From positions 1 through 64,000 of the forward strand of contig MCFE01000335.1 of NCBI GenBank assembly GCA_002104905.1: 64,000 bases of DNA, read 5' to 3'. Positions 35,448 through 49,231 of the stretch are shown here, piece by piece (the stretch's first letter is position 1; each line of letters starts with the position of its first letter). The position numbers were made by a program, and so were the translations under genes. Below the pieces are notes generated by a model, which saw nothing but the letters and a program-made list of their open reading frames with translations, made no database searches and was not told the origin of the DNA. This DNA is from Basidiobolus meristosporus CBS 931.73. Its lineage: Eukaryota; Fungi; Basidiobolomycota.

Positions 35448-38400
35448 AGACTTGTTCCATTGCACTGTGCCAGGGTGCACGGCTCAATCTGTGGTTGTAA
35501 AGAATGATCAGGCGTTATATTATAGCTACCAGAAGGCAGAACTGTTCTTGGACAATTTTGCACTATGTGGGACAATCTGACACAATGAGGTTGGCACAGA
35601 TGATTGCGCCAACTCATAATGTTTGCATCACGTACACAATTGGATACTGCTATCATGGCAGGTAAAATCCGGTATTTGGATATGTTTCTTCAATGTAAAT
35701 GGAAATAAATGTGTATTACACTATAAACTACAGTGATACTTACCATTTTGGTTACCATCACTCCAATTGGACAGCATCTCAGTGGTTAATTGGTCCAAAA
35801 GTATCCTGAAGCTGGCAGCCCCCAATTGGCTCATTGACTACTAAACAAGCTTCCTGGTTTGCCATCAATTATCCCATTTTGCCCATTGAGCAAGTAAATC
35901 CCTGATCCTAGTGATTGGACAAGGTGTCATAGCTAGCACGCAAGCAATTGGGTAGGTGCAAAACAGATCCAATTGCTGCACTGGTATTACAGATGATGTA
36001 TATATATGCAGGGTGTTTATTTATAGGGATTCTGTCTCAAATGTGAGATGACCTTGATATTACTTATATTAGAAATTGGATGATCACTGATTTGCAATGG
36101 CTTGATTTAGATTGCAAAAAAAATGGGTTGTTGAGATCATTACAAACAATAGCAATTCAAAGCAATTGCATCATCTTCTCTTGGGTTTTTTTCTCACAAG
36201 GATTACTACTGAAGCATTTGGCAGTGACTCACTTTGCACACCTATACTACTTCCTGGCTGACTATCATCTTGGCTACTTGTGTATTTGTAGTCAGTATTT
36301 TGCCTCCTAATTGATGAGGGCAATGCTGCAGCTTGCTGTGCTGAATTGCTCCAACTGAACCAACTGAACCGGCCTGGAGTGCCATGCACTGATGCATTCT
36401 TTTACTTGCCAAGGGCTCTGGTAATTGAGGCACTTCATGTTGGTTATCATTAGTCAGTTCACCAGAAGTAACACGCTGATGGTCAGGCAAAAAGGCATGT
36501 GCAGGCGCAACTTGACATGTTGAGATGGCCCTTGGCTGAGTTCAATGTGATGCTGCATGTTGACACAACTTGGTCTGCTCCAGTGGACTTGTGTCTAAAT
36601 GAGCAGTTTTGCAAGTTCTGGTAGTTTTGCTCTGAAGCGCATGCATTGACCTGACGTGCATTGACTCAATGCATGTTGACTCAATGCAGGGCGTTCTGGT
36701 AAAGGGTGTTGTTGTAGTCTGGACTGACGTGTGCTGGCACACTGTGGTTGTAAGAGATGGTAAGGAATCCAGCAAGGCGTGCTGGTGCAATTTGGACAAT
36801 ATTGCTTGCAGTCTGTATTCTTCCTCCTGAAGCTCACCATCTGATTCCTCAAGGTATTCACTTACCCTCTGTCTCATACTTTGGAGCTGTTGCCTGGATG
36901 AGTCCTGCATATATTGCTCTTGGAAGCCACTTAGCTCTACTAATATATCACGTAGTACATTAGTCATTTGAGGCAAAAACTCATTCAAAATCTCTTTGGT
37001 TCCCAAAGTTGAGGCACAAATGGATGCATCTAGCCTGTACTGTGCAAATTGCATGCAAAATTGTTCCCGCGCGGCTTCCTTGTCAAATCCCTCACTCTCA
37101 GCTCATTCTTGATTTCAGTACTTGTCTTGTTTTATATCTTCTTACATACATTGGCTGCATCTTGAGGTAGAACTCATGCACAGCTTTCTACTCAAATTCT
37201 TCCATCCTTGTTGACTCTCTGAGATATCTATATCTGCTTGATTAATCAGTAGTGCCCAAATATCTGTATGAAGGCTCATCATGGACACTTGGGCCATACT
37301 AAAATCATTTGGTGAGAACTTGAATGGATCCAACATCAACTTTTCTGGTCCAGACCACACTGTGGATGGTGTAGAGTTACTCCTAGGAGAAGCTACACAA
37401 CTCAAGGTGTGTGAAGTGTCTGATAGGTGCAATAACCTATGTGCCTAAACTGCTGGTGTCTTTGTCAATATGTCACTATAGTAAAAGCTCCTGCTTCTCT
37501 AGCTTCCTAGGTGCTCCAAGTGTCTCAAAAGGTCTCTGTGTGTCTTGTGCACTACCCTGAAAAGCTCCTTGAAGGCAGGTCTGAGATATACTGTTGAAGG
37601 CAGGTGCAGTGATCAACTGCTAATCAATAAGGTAGAAGTGTTACTGATGGAAGGGATGATTCATTGATGAGGAATTGCTTTCCCTTAAATACTTTTCCTG
37701 ATTGCCAAGTGATTACTAATGACAAGGTTCTAGATGATTCTAGGTATCAGTGGAATTGTTGATGACAGCACTATGAGCTAAAAATATGCCAAGAATGTCC
37801 TGGAAGGTTCTAAAAGGCACAGCACATTCAACCAATCAGGAATCAGTAGTCTGAAACCTGTACAACAGTGAAATACCATATATGGTATTGCTATGGTAGG
37901 GATGGTAGCGCAAACCTAGGCCATGTGTCACAGGTACTGACACAGGCACCTGCCTTATGTAGATGACATATACTGATTGCAAAGCTGTATAACATCTGGG
38001 ATAACTATTGCTAATAACTAATCAGGGTATCACCATGTGGGGATAATACTGATAATATGGGCAAAAGAAGAATGCGATAATACTGATAAGATAAAATATG
38101 GATAAGTATATCATAAGGACTATATGAATAAACTTGTCTGTGGGAGGTATGTTTACTCTACCACAGCGCTTGTGAGCTGGGGGAAGGGTTTTGTCTGGGT
38201 TGTACTAAAGATGAGTTGAGACTTGGTATGGGGACCATAGCAACAGATTTGGATACTTGTACAGCAGTATATTGGCATCAACCTGGTCTTATATGAAGTA
38301 CATATGAAAACTAATGTGATTGTTGATTTTTCCATATATTATGCGTAATGCATCTTGGATTGCATTGACACAGATCAGATCACATCAATTGCAGATTTCC

Positions 38401-39666
38401 TATTTGATTATAGCCCTATTAGTAAAGCATCAATAAAAGTACCAAGGCATTGTTTGCTGATGATTTTTGCAACATAATGATTGGATACATGGCAATTGAT
38501 GGAGATTTAATCATTATGCATTAAAAAGCAGATAAATAACGCAGATTGTGCCAAATCAATTCAAACCACCTCCATACAATCATCCATCCAATTTTAATAT
38601 GACTTACTCATCTGAATGGTCTTTTCTCATCAATCCCATCACTACCACTGGATTTCCTTTTGAGATACTAGGGGAGATCTATTCCAAGTACTGTGGACCA
38701 TCTACACAAATCTACTCAAGGAGATCCCTTGTTAAGCTTCTCTGCTATTACAAGAACTATTGCCCTACAAGGTTTTATCCCACCATTCATGGCAACAAAA
38801 GTCCTAGAAGCTTTCATTCCTAGCTGACAGCAATGGAGAACCACATTGCAGAGTGTATGAATGACATAGAGCAAGCTTGGAATACTAGGTTCAGAAGCTC
38901 CAATAGACTTCCATATCCCAGAGTGTCCAACAACAGGTTCCATATCAGGAGTATTTTGGATACCTTCCCAGTGAGGATTAACAGACCTTTAAGAGGGCAG
39001 AGGCAATTTTATTCTGGCAAGTACAAGGCACACTGTGTGAAGTTTCAAGCACTGTCTGACATTGAGGGTAACATCATCTGGTTTAGTAGGCCATTTGCTG
39101 GAAGTAGTCATGACAAAGCACTCTGAGTAGGGAATCATCCGGAACTCAGTAGAGTGAAGAAATGTATGGCAGACTTAGCCTATAAAGGAGAGGATTGTCA
39201 CCAATTCTGATGTATTACAGCTTATAGGTAGCCAAGGAATGGTGTGCTTAGCAGGAAGCAGAAGCTCTACAATGAGATATTTAATCATTTCAGAGTGAGG
39301 GTAGAGCATAAATTTGGATATCTGAAGAGATTCAGCATATTGGCAGGTAAATACAGAGGAAAGTCATATATAGGAGAAAACAGCAGAATAGGTAAAATAG
39401 GTAAGATACTTATTAATGCACAATATGCTCATACAAGAAGACATCCACTGAGAGAAATGTGTCTGGGGCATTATGAAGAGTAAATAAAGCAAGGAAAGCA
39501 CTATTCTGAGCAACATAAGTAAGATGGAGTAAAATTACCAGTAACTGTATCATACCACCGGCATCATGGTAGAAATTATAGTGCCAGATAGTGCTGTAGG
39601 ATGCCAGATCAATCCGGCACTATAAGCAGGCTGGCACTATGTGGCACTATCCAACAGAACAAGTCT
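35448..39666 (+). mobile_element. PHIS element copy 2, inverted relative to copy 1, carrying a solo LTR
   Basis: TIRs at both ends with AAT on each flank; transposase relic ~38578-39483 (+); second gene ~36171-37330 (-). Confidence 0.85.
37361..38165. mobile_element. 805-bp solo LTR (family Y) inside PHIS copy 2
   Basis: TGTGG...CCACA ends; 4-bp TSD GCGC at right and ACAC at left; empty site CCGCGCTAGTG in copy 1. Confidence 0.8.
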
Positions 39667-39669
39667 AAT

Positions 39670-39765
39670 AGATAGCACTGATATACTGATTGGCTAAGCA
39701 TATAAATAACTGATTTTATTAGAGATGATCTAACTTAAACATTTTGGTGGTAGATTGTAAAAGTG
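39670..39765 (-). mobile_element. 5-prime fragment of the gypsy-family LTR, truncated at the PHIS end
   Basis: Reverse complement of the first ~100 bp of the 41322 LTR. Confidence 0.7.
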
Positions 39766-39769
39766 GCAT

Positions 39770-41100
39770 CATATAAAACTGATGTATAACACTATTTCCC
39801 CCTTGGGTTTGATTCACTTTGATATATAAACCACTAAAAAATGTACCAAAGGTGTCTGGTTCCCAACAAAACCCCTCTGCTGGCAGCAGCAGAAGTGCAG
39901 TGGAACAACAGCTTGCTTTGACATTCAGTGCATTAGGAAGAACTGCATCCAAAAATGGCCATGTTAGCAGCATGCCCACTGAAGGTTATAATGAGGAGTA
40001 TTATGTTGTATTATAATTAGTTTGTGGCTTCTGATGTGATAAAGGGGATAACCAATATTATACAACAAATTTCATTATGCCAGTACTGAAATAGGTGATT
40101 GGGAGCTTAATATACAAACAGAAAATGCAACTTTCACTAATATCTTAACCTTGGGCTCAAAAAATAGTGTAGGCAGTAATTCTCACTTATATAGCAGAGT
40201 ACCAACCTTCTGTTGACTACTTGGCCAATTAACTTTTGGAGCAGCTTTTCTAGCTTTAGATGTCTCTTTCCTTTTGAGGCAGATATCCCCTTATTAGGAT
40301 ATTTAGAACTGTCCCTTAACCTGCAAGTGCGTGGTAAAGAGGTCTCTAAAGGATACCTATAGACCTGAATGGGCATCTAGCAGGATGCCTTTAGAGTAAA
40401 GGGGCTCTTGGAGGGACACGTTTCTGACAGAAATGTGGGAGTGTTCCTTGTGAAAATTTGATGGAATTCTTGTGAGCTTTGCAGTCACTTTACTGATGTA
40501 GTACCAATCCAAATGCTCAACAGTGCAAGTGATAAAATGTGGTCTTGAATACATAGGTACAGCACCAGTGAAATAAATGATGTGATTTGGCTGACTGGTT
40601 CAAAAGCTACATGTAGTCAAAGTCACCATGGTAATTGTAGTGATTGAGGCCTAGTATATGTGGTTATTGAGCTCTTGTGATCAAAACTACTTAAGCACTT
40701 GTCCAAATGAGCTGCATTTTGAAAAATGTGCAGGCTACTGCGTGTACTGCATGACATAATATTCTTGGATGGATTGGTTCTCAAAGTCTTGGACTTTTGT
40801 CCCTCAATGTTGAGTATTTGTAATACTTCATTTCTATGTGATGGTAGCAAAAGGCAAGACAAAGCAATGTGTGCAATATTGGTTTTGTGATATTATAGTA
40901 ATGGCATAGTTTCTATTAGCACAGGACATCTCAGGCTCACAGCAAAGTAGGCAACTAAGTATCTCTGCAGAGCTGTCAGATTAGCAAAATGTTCAGAGAG
41001 ATGTGCATGTGGAAAAAGCAGTACCTAAGACAGAGGACCAGCAAATGACCATCATAACTAATGCAAGAGTCTTAGAGCTGTTAGAAGTGATTGGCAGAAC
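39770..41100 (+). mobile_element. CACTA ORF2 5-prime fragment interrupted by family X
   Basis: KVSGSQQNPSAGSSRSAVEQQLALTFS matches the other ORF2 copies. Confidence 0.7.
39999..40923 (-). mobile_element. Solo-LTR-like insertion, family X
   Basis: Start TGTGCTAATAGAAAC matches 47799; near-TSD GGAG/GGAC; host rejoins. Confidence 0.7.
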
Positions 41101-44100
41101 TAGCAGATAGTGGCTTTCACTAATTTTTTATTGATTGTAAAAGTAGACTTGATACTATATTTGTCTCTTGCTGATAGTTTAGTGAATATGTCTGCAAATA
41201 TTTCATCTGTAGGGCAGCAAACCAAGTTAATCAAGTTATTCTTCATAGGTTTATGTATGAAATCATATCCAATATCTGTGTGCTTAGCTCTTACTTGAGA
41301 AGTTAAATCTCTATCTAATTGTGTTATGATCTACCACTTGAATATTTAAGTTAGATCAGTTTTTTGTCATATCAATTAGTTATATGTTCAGCTTATCAGT
41401 ATATCAGTGTTATCTATCAAATCAGTGGCATTAGTCAGTATATAAATCAGCAGATCCTTATCAGACAGTAATAAATATATTAAGCAGGATCTTATTGGGT
41501 GATGATGATGCAATCAAATGAGTCATCAGTCACAACCTACATTAGGAGAAACAATTAGTCAGCAATTGATCTGGCAAAATGTATATAAGGAGCTGCTGGA
41601 GCCTCAATAAAAATTAGTTCAAGTTTTAGTGAGAACAATAGTAGCTATACTCCCTATTCCTCTACAAATCTTATTCCAAGATTTGTAGCATTTGTTGCAG
41701 CATTAACCAAAAACCTACCTCCTGAAGAAAGAAAAAGCCTCCCTCATTTGTCCAAAAATCAAGAATGGAGGAATGCTATGCAGCAAATCCAGGCCCAGCA
41801 GCAATGTTACTACAGATCCTTAGCCAGCAGCAACAAGGAATGACTGCTATTGCCCAAAGCCAGCAAAACCCTGTCAAGAGCAACTTTAGTGTGAAGGTAC
41901 ACTGGTTCCATGGTAGAGTCAATGAAAATCTGGGAACTTGGCTCTTCCTGACAGAAGAAGCTTTCAACGCTAAGGGAATTGCTCCAGAAAGCAAGTTACA
42001 TATGCAGCCTCTTACCTGCCAGATGCAGCTTTACAGTGATAGCATAACAAGATCAGGTCAGCCACCATGATGGGATGCTCTACAATCTCTACCTGGGATG
42101 AGTTTGTGTTGGAAATTTAGGATGATTTTGAACCTCCACACCAGCAGACACCACTAAGAAGAAAGCTGAAGAAACTCAGACTGAAAGGAATGGTTCAAGA
42201 GAGCATCTATGAATATAGATGTCTACTAGGACAAGTTGAAAGAATGAACCCCCTGGATCAAGTGGAATACTTTATTGATGGGCTAAATGAAAGTACTTGC
42301 AAGGAAGTGAATTATCAAAGTCACCAGGCTATTGAAGAAGCCATCAAGATTGCCATTAACTATAACTCAGCTATGTTTGGGGTTGGTAAGCCCACAATCA
42401 CTAATCAGAGAGGCTACAATCACTATGAAAGAAGACAATCAGAAGCAGTGCCAGTAGAAATAGATACGCTGCAGAAGAATTCTACCACAGAAGAATGTAA
42501 GAAGAAGGGACTTTGCTTCAATTGCCACAAGCAGGGATATATTGCAAAGTTCTGCCCTCAGAAAAGAAATGAGCACCAGCCATCAAGAACCTTCAGCCAT
42601 ATTGAAGCCCTTGAGCATAGCAATATGGAGGATGAACTCAAACAAGACTCAGAATTCACCTCCCATATGACAGAAGAATACCTATCCCAGATGACCTCAA
42701 ACTCAGGAAGCTATTTTACTCAAAGAGAATAATTAACAGAGTACCTGCCAAGATTGTGAATGGCTCAGGAGCATTGCATGAGTAAATATCAGGGCAATTT
42801 GCTTTTAGGGCTGGAATCAACTTGGAACCTACCAAATCAGCTTCAGTTTCAACAGCTGATGGGAACTCTCACATAATCAACCATATTACTCAGCCAGTAA
42901 GGATGAAGATCAATGACTATGAAGAAGACCTACAGGTCTATATATTTAGGAACTGCAGGTTTGACCTTGTATTTGGAAAAACCTGTCTATTTTGTTGTGA
43001 TCTATCAATCAACTAGAGCACCCAGATGTTCCTTATGCTGGTATTACAAGTGGATTCCTCTACTTGCGTACCCCAGAAAGTCATGACTCATTTGAAGGAA
43101 TATTTAAAAGTATTTCCAGATGAACTTGGTAGCCTACCACCAGTCAGAGATGTGGATCTTGCCATTGACACAGGAGATAGCCCTCCAGTGAGTAAGACAC
43201 CTTACTGAATGAGTCAATTGGAATTGGAAGAGATGAAGAGACAAATAGATCAGTTATTGGAGCATGGATATATCAGACCCAGCAAGTCCCCTTGGGGAGC
43301 ACCAGTACTATTTGTGAAGAGGAAGGATGGCAAACTTAGGATGTGCATTGACTACAGAGCCCTCAACTTGGTTACCATAAAGAATAAGTACCCCATACCT
43401 TGAATTGAAGATCTTTTGGACCAACTCAATGGAGCCGCTATATTCAGCAAGATTGACCTTGTGTCAGGATACAACAAGATCAGTGTGAAGCCAGAAGACA
43501 TCCCTAAGACAGCATTCAGGACCAGATATGGACATTACAAGTACTTAGTCATGAGTTTTGATCTCACTAATGCCCCTTCAACATTCATAACCCTGATGCA
43601 GACTATCTTTCAGGTGTATTTAGACAGGTTTATGATAATCTACCTAGATGACATATAAATATACAGCAAGACAGTAGAGGATCACCTGGTGCACATTAAA
43701 AGGTCTTGATGAAGTAAAGAGAAAACAAGCTATATGGCAAGCTACCCAAGTGTGAATTCTTCAAGGAACATGCTGAATATCTGGGACATAGAGTGACTTG
43801 CACAGGAGTGACCTTGGACCCTAAAAAGGTTGAAGCTGTCAAGAATCTGAAGTAGCCCCATAGCATATTGGAACTCAGATCATTCCTTTGACTGGTTTCC
43901 TATTATTGGAGATTTGTCAAGTCCTTTGCAAATATGGCAGCTCCTTCAACTGATATCCTCAAAAAAGGCAATACCTACAAGTGGGACATAGCTTGTGAGA
44001 CTGCCTTTGGGATGCTCAAGAATGAGCTTGCTAAGTTGCCAAGCTTAAGAATACCTGACTTCAGAAAAGAGTTTACTCTGTGTGCAGATGCTTCAGATTA

Positions 44101-44796
44101 TGCAATTGGTGGAGTGTTGAGTCAAGAACATGAGGGAAAGGACTACACAGTTGCCTTTGAAAGCTAGGAACCAGACTTAGCGGAACAAAGCTATCCAGTG
44201 CATGGGAAGGAGATGCTTGCTATAATACACTGCTTGATGACATGGAGATGCTATATTGCAGGAGTCAAATGCACTGTGAAGACTGATCATGCCTCCCTCA
44301 AGTATATATTTACTCAGAAGGTACTCTCTAGAAGAATGACAAGATGGAGTGAATACATTCAGCAATTTGACCTGGAGATTGTCTACTGCCCTAGGATAAA
44401 ACAACAAGGTTGCTGATGCCTTATCAAGATTAGATCAAGTTGCACAACTCCACTTGGTGCATGAATCAGATTGGCCTAGCCTATTACCAAAGTACTTGGA
44501 GGACCAAGCCACTCCTGAATGAGGTGGATGAAGAGATAAAGAAGATAATCCGTGATGAAGCCAGCAAATTTGTAATACAGGATGAAACACACTATCAATT
44601 GTTGATGGAAGCCCAATTGCCTATTGCCCTTACATTTCTTGCCTGGATTTAATACATAAGCTACACAATGGATATGGACATCTTGGAATTGAAGGAACAT
44701 ATAGCCTTGTGAGAGCCAGAGCATGGTGGCCCTGAATGAAACAAGACATTAGAAGCTAGTAAAGACATGCTCAAATTGCCAAATCAACCATGGCAT

Positions 44797-47558
44797 AGAT
44801 ATCCAAGTGTGTGCTCTACCCTCACTCTGAAATAATTAAATATCTCATTGTAGAGCTTCTGCTTCCTGCTAAGCCCACCATTCCTTGGCTTCCTATAAGC
44901 TGTAGGACATCCTAATCTTTGACAATCCTCTCCTATATAAGCTAAGTCTGCCATACATTTCTCCCCTCTACTGAATTCTGGATGATTCTCTACCCAGAGT
45001 GCTTTGTCATGCCTACTTCCAGCAAATGGCCCACTAAACCAGATGATGTACCCTCAACATCAGACAGTGTGGGAAGCTTCACACAGTGTGCCTTGTACTT
45101 GCCAGAATAAAAGTGCCTCTGCCATCTAGAGTTCTGTTGATCCTGACTGGGAAGCTATCCAAAATAATACAGATATGGAACCTGTATATGACTAATTTAG
45201 CATGAATATTTTGGTGACAACTTAATAGTTACAACAACCCTCAATGTCAGACAGTACTTGAAGCTTCACTCAGTGTGCCTTGTACTTGCCAGAATAAAAG
45301 TGCCTCTGCCCACTAGAAGGTCTGTTAATCCTGACTGGGAAGGTTTCCAAAATACTCCTTATATGGAACCTGTTGCTGAACACTCTGGGATATGGAAGTC
45401 TGTAGGAGCTTCTGAACCTAATATTCCATGCTTGCTCTAAGTCATTTATATCCTCTGCAAGGTGGTTCTCCATTGCTGTCAGCTGGGAATAAAAACTTAT
45501 AGGACTTTTGTTGCCATGGATGGTGGGACAAAACCTTGTGGGGCAATAGTTCTTGTAATAGCAGAGAAGCTTAACAAGGGATCTCCTTGAGTAGAATGGG
45601 GTAGATGTTCCACATTACTGGGTATAGATCTCCTCAAGTGTGTCAGAAGGAAATCCAGTAGTAGTGATGGGATTGTTGAGAAAGGGCCATTCAGATGAGT
45701 AAGTCATAATAAAGCTGGTAGGTGATTGGGCTGAGGTGTATTGATCTGATTTGGAGCAATCTACTTTATTTATCTGAATTTCCATGCATTGCAATTAAAT
45801 CTCCATCAATTGCCATGTATCCCATCATACGTTGCAAAAATCATCCGCTAACAATGACTTAATATTTTTATTGATGCTTTACTCACAAATCTATAATAGA
45901 CAGAAAATCTGCAATTGATGGGATCAGATCTGTGTCAATGTGATCCAAGATACATCATGCATAATATATAGAAAACTCATCAATCAAATTAGTTTTCATA
46001 TATACTTTATATAAGACCAGGTTGATGCCAACACATTACTCTATAAATATCCAAATTCATCACTTTGGTCCCTATATCAAGTCTCATCTTATCTTTAGTA
46101 CAACCCAGACAAAACCCTTCCCCCAGCTCACAAGTGTGGCCAGGACTGGAGAAGTTGATATTGGATCCATTTAAGTTCTCACCAAATGATTTTAGTATGG
46201 CCTTAGTATCTATGATGAGCCTTCATACAGATATTTTGGGACTACTTATCAATCTAGCAGAACTAGATACCTCAGAGAGTCAACAAGGATGGAAAAACCT
46301 GAGTAGAAAGCTGTGGTATGAGTTCTACTTCAAGATGTCAGCAAATGTATGTAAGAAGATATATAACAAGACAAGAATTGAAATCAAGAATGAGGTGAGA
46401 GTGATGGGATTTGATTAGTAGCCATACAGGAACAATTTTGCACGCAATTTGCACAGTACAGTCTGGACACATCCATTTAGGCCGCAACTTTGGGAACAAA
46501 AGTGATTTTGAATGAGTTTTTGCCTCAAATGACTAGTATGCCATATGATATATTAGTAGAGCTAAGTGGCTTCTAAGAGCAAAATACACAGGAATCATCC
46601 AGGCAACAGTTCCAAAGTATCACACAGAGGGTAAGTAAATACCTTGAGGAATCAGAAGGTGAGCTTCAAGAGGAAGAATAAAGACTGCAAGCAACAACAT
46701 CTAGATTGCTCCAGCACTCCTTGCGGGATTCCTTACCATTCCTTGCAACATCAGTGCACCCCACATATCAGTCCAAGCTACGACAACACCCTTCACAAGA
46801 GCTCCTTGAATCAAGTCAATGTGTGCCAGATCAACAGGCATGCTTCAGAGCAAAACCACCAGAACTTGCCAAACTGCTCATTTAGACACAAGTCCATTGG
46901 AGTGGGCCAAATTGTGTCAACAAGTGGCATCACATTGAACTCAGCCAAGGGCCATGCCAGCCCATCAAGTTGCATCTGCAGGTGCCATTACACCTGACCA
47001 TCAGTGAGTTTCCTCTAGTGAATTGACTGATGATAACCCACAAGAATTGCCTTCACTACTGGAGCCTTTGGCAAGTAAAAGAACGCGTCAGCATGTAGCA
47101 CTGCAGGCCAGATCAGTTGCATCATCTGGGGCAATTAAGCATGGCCAAGCTGTAGCATTGTACTCATCAGCTAGGAGGCAAAATACTGACTACAAATACA
47201 CAAGTAGCCAAGAGGATAGTAAACAAGGAAGTAGTTTAGGTGTGCAAGGTGAATCACTACCATATGCTTCAGTAGTAATCCCTATGAGAGTAAAACCTAG
47301 GTGAAGATGATGTCACTACATTGAATTGCTATTACTTGTCATGATCCAGACAATGCATCAGTGATCACTAAACTTTTGGTATCAGCAATAACAAGGCTCA
47401 TTGTGTCAGATTGTGCCATAGTGTGCAAGATTGTCCCACATAGTGTGAAATTGTCCAAGATTAATCCTGCTTATTGGTAGTTATAATATTGCGCCCAATT
47501 TTTCTTAGTGACTGCAGATTGTGCCACGCACCCTGGCACAGTATGACGGAACAAGTCT
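44797..47558 (-). mobile_element. PHIS element copy 3, lacking the transposase-side end
   Basis: Right TIR GGAACAAGTCT followed by ATT; ~140-bp internal duplication at ~45050-45380; fused to the gypsy integrase start. Confidence 0.8.
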
Positions 47559-47798
47559 ATTGGTATCACAAGAAAAGAGTTAGAGGAGAACCCTCTCAAC
47601 TTGAGTAGGGGAAAATGATATGATCTGCCACTTGAATGGCTAAGTTAGAGCAGTTTTTGGACAAATCAATTAGTTATATGTTTAGCCTATCAGTATATAA
47701 GTGTTGTCTATCAAATTAGTAGCATTAGTCAGCAGATGAATCAGCAGATCCTTATTAGACAGGAATAGATATATTGAGTAGGATTGTATTGGGTGATG

Positions 47799-49231
47799 TG
47801 TGGTAATGGAAAGTATACCAATACTACAATATCTCAAAGCCAATATTGCACTCATTTCTTTATTTTGCTTTTTGCTATTGTAACTCACAAGTGAAAGATC
47901 AAGAAATTTCAACTTTGAAGGACTAATACTCCAGACCCTGACAAGCAATCCACCCAAGAATACTATGCCATAGTGAACATGGAGTAACCAACATATGTTT
48001 CAAATTACAGCTCATTTGCAGCAGTACTTGAGGAGTTATTACCAAAAGAGTCTAATTATAAGACTTATTCTATCATTCCAGCTGATCATAGTGCCCAAGA
48101 GTGCCATAGCATGCCAGATGGTGCCTGATCATGCCACAGAGTGCCAGATGATGCTATACAATGCCAATTTGGGATCAAAATTGACATACACATGACCCTA
48201 AAATATCAAATTAATAGCAAAACATACAGCACTTTCTGGCACTATGATCAATAGCACAATGGAACAAGTCTATTATACATACTAGGCCACTATTGCTAGA
48301 ATTACTATGGTGACTTTGATTGTGTGTAACTTTTGAACCAGCCAATCAAATCACGTAAAGTTTTCACAGGTGCTGCACTTATGTCCAATCTGCGCTACTG
48401 CAGAACTTTAGCTCTGTATCATGTGTATTGCTTGCCCAAAAACCTTGATCCTTTGGAAATTTCATATATATGACTTCCCCAGCTGAAAAATAAGGAGAGC
48501 CTCTCTTTCTAGAATCTCCACACTACAATTACAAGCTCAAAGGTTATAGACTTCCCCTGCATCACTTGCACTGTTGAGTATTCTGGCTCTGATTGGTACT
48601 ACATCAGTAAAGAGACTGCAAAGCTCACAAGAATCCAATCAAAGTTCTACAAGAAACTATCACTTTTCTGTTGGAAAAGTCCCCTCTGAGAAACCCTTTC
48701 CTCAATTGACACCCTGAAAGACACCCCTTTAGTCTAAAAACCCCTTTAGAGACCCCTTTAAGAAACTCCTTTACTCTAAAGAAGCCCCTTTAGTGTAAAG
48801 TCCACTTTAGAGACCACTACAAGAAGCCCCTTTACTCTAAAGACACCCCTTTGGACACCCCTTTAAGTCTTAAGGCCCATTGAGAGAATTCTACAACACA
48901 CCCCTTTAGGTTAAAGGGGAGCTCAAAATTTCTGTATCAAGAAATATTTCCTCAGATGGAAAGTGACTTCTAAGTAAGGAAAAGTTATTATAAAAATACA
49001 TAAGCCCATTAGTTGGCAGAAGGTCAGAAAACTGCTGTAGAAGTGAGAAACACTGCCAATAGTATATTTTGAGCCTAAGATCAAGGATATTAGTGAGAGT
49101 TTTATCTTCTTTTGGTATATCAAGCTCCCAATAAACTAATTCAGTAGTAGCATACTGAAAGTTGTTGTATATTGTTGATTAGACTCTACATTGTAGAACA
49201 AGCTCTAAACTAGTCATAATACAACACAACA
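47799..49231 (+). mobile_element. Family X solo-LTR-like element inside the gypsy 3-prime LTR
   Basis: TGTGG...CAACA ends; TSD GATG; CCCCTTTA repeats at ~48715-48910. Confidence 0.8.
48061..48271. mobile_element. 211-bp MITE with PHIS-family ends
   Basis: AGACTTATTC...GGAACAAGTCT; flanks ATA and ATT; AGTGCC/GGCACT subterminal motifs; absent from the other X copies. Confidence 0.75.

Noticed and set aside
48715-48910. CCCCTTTA repeats as CRISPR array or interstitial telomere
   Set aside because: Irregular spacing, no unique fixed-length spacers, not a CCCTAA-type unit, and internal to a dispersed repeat.
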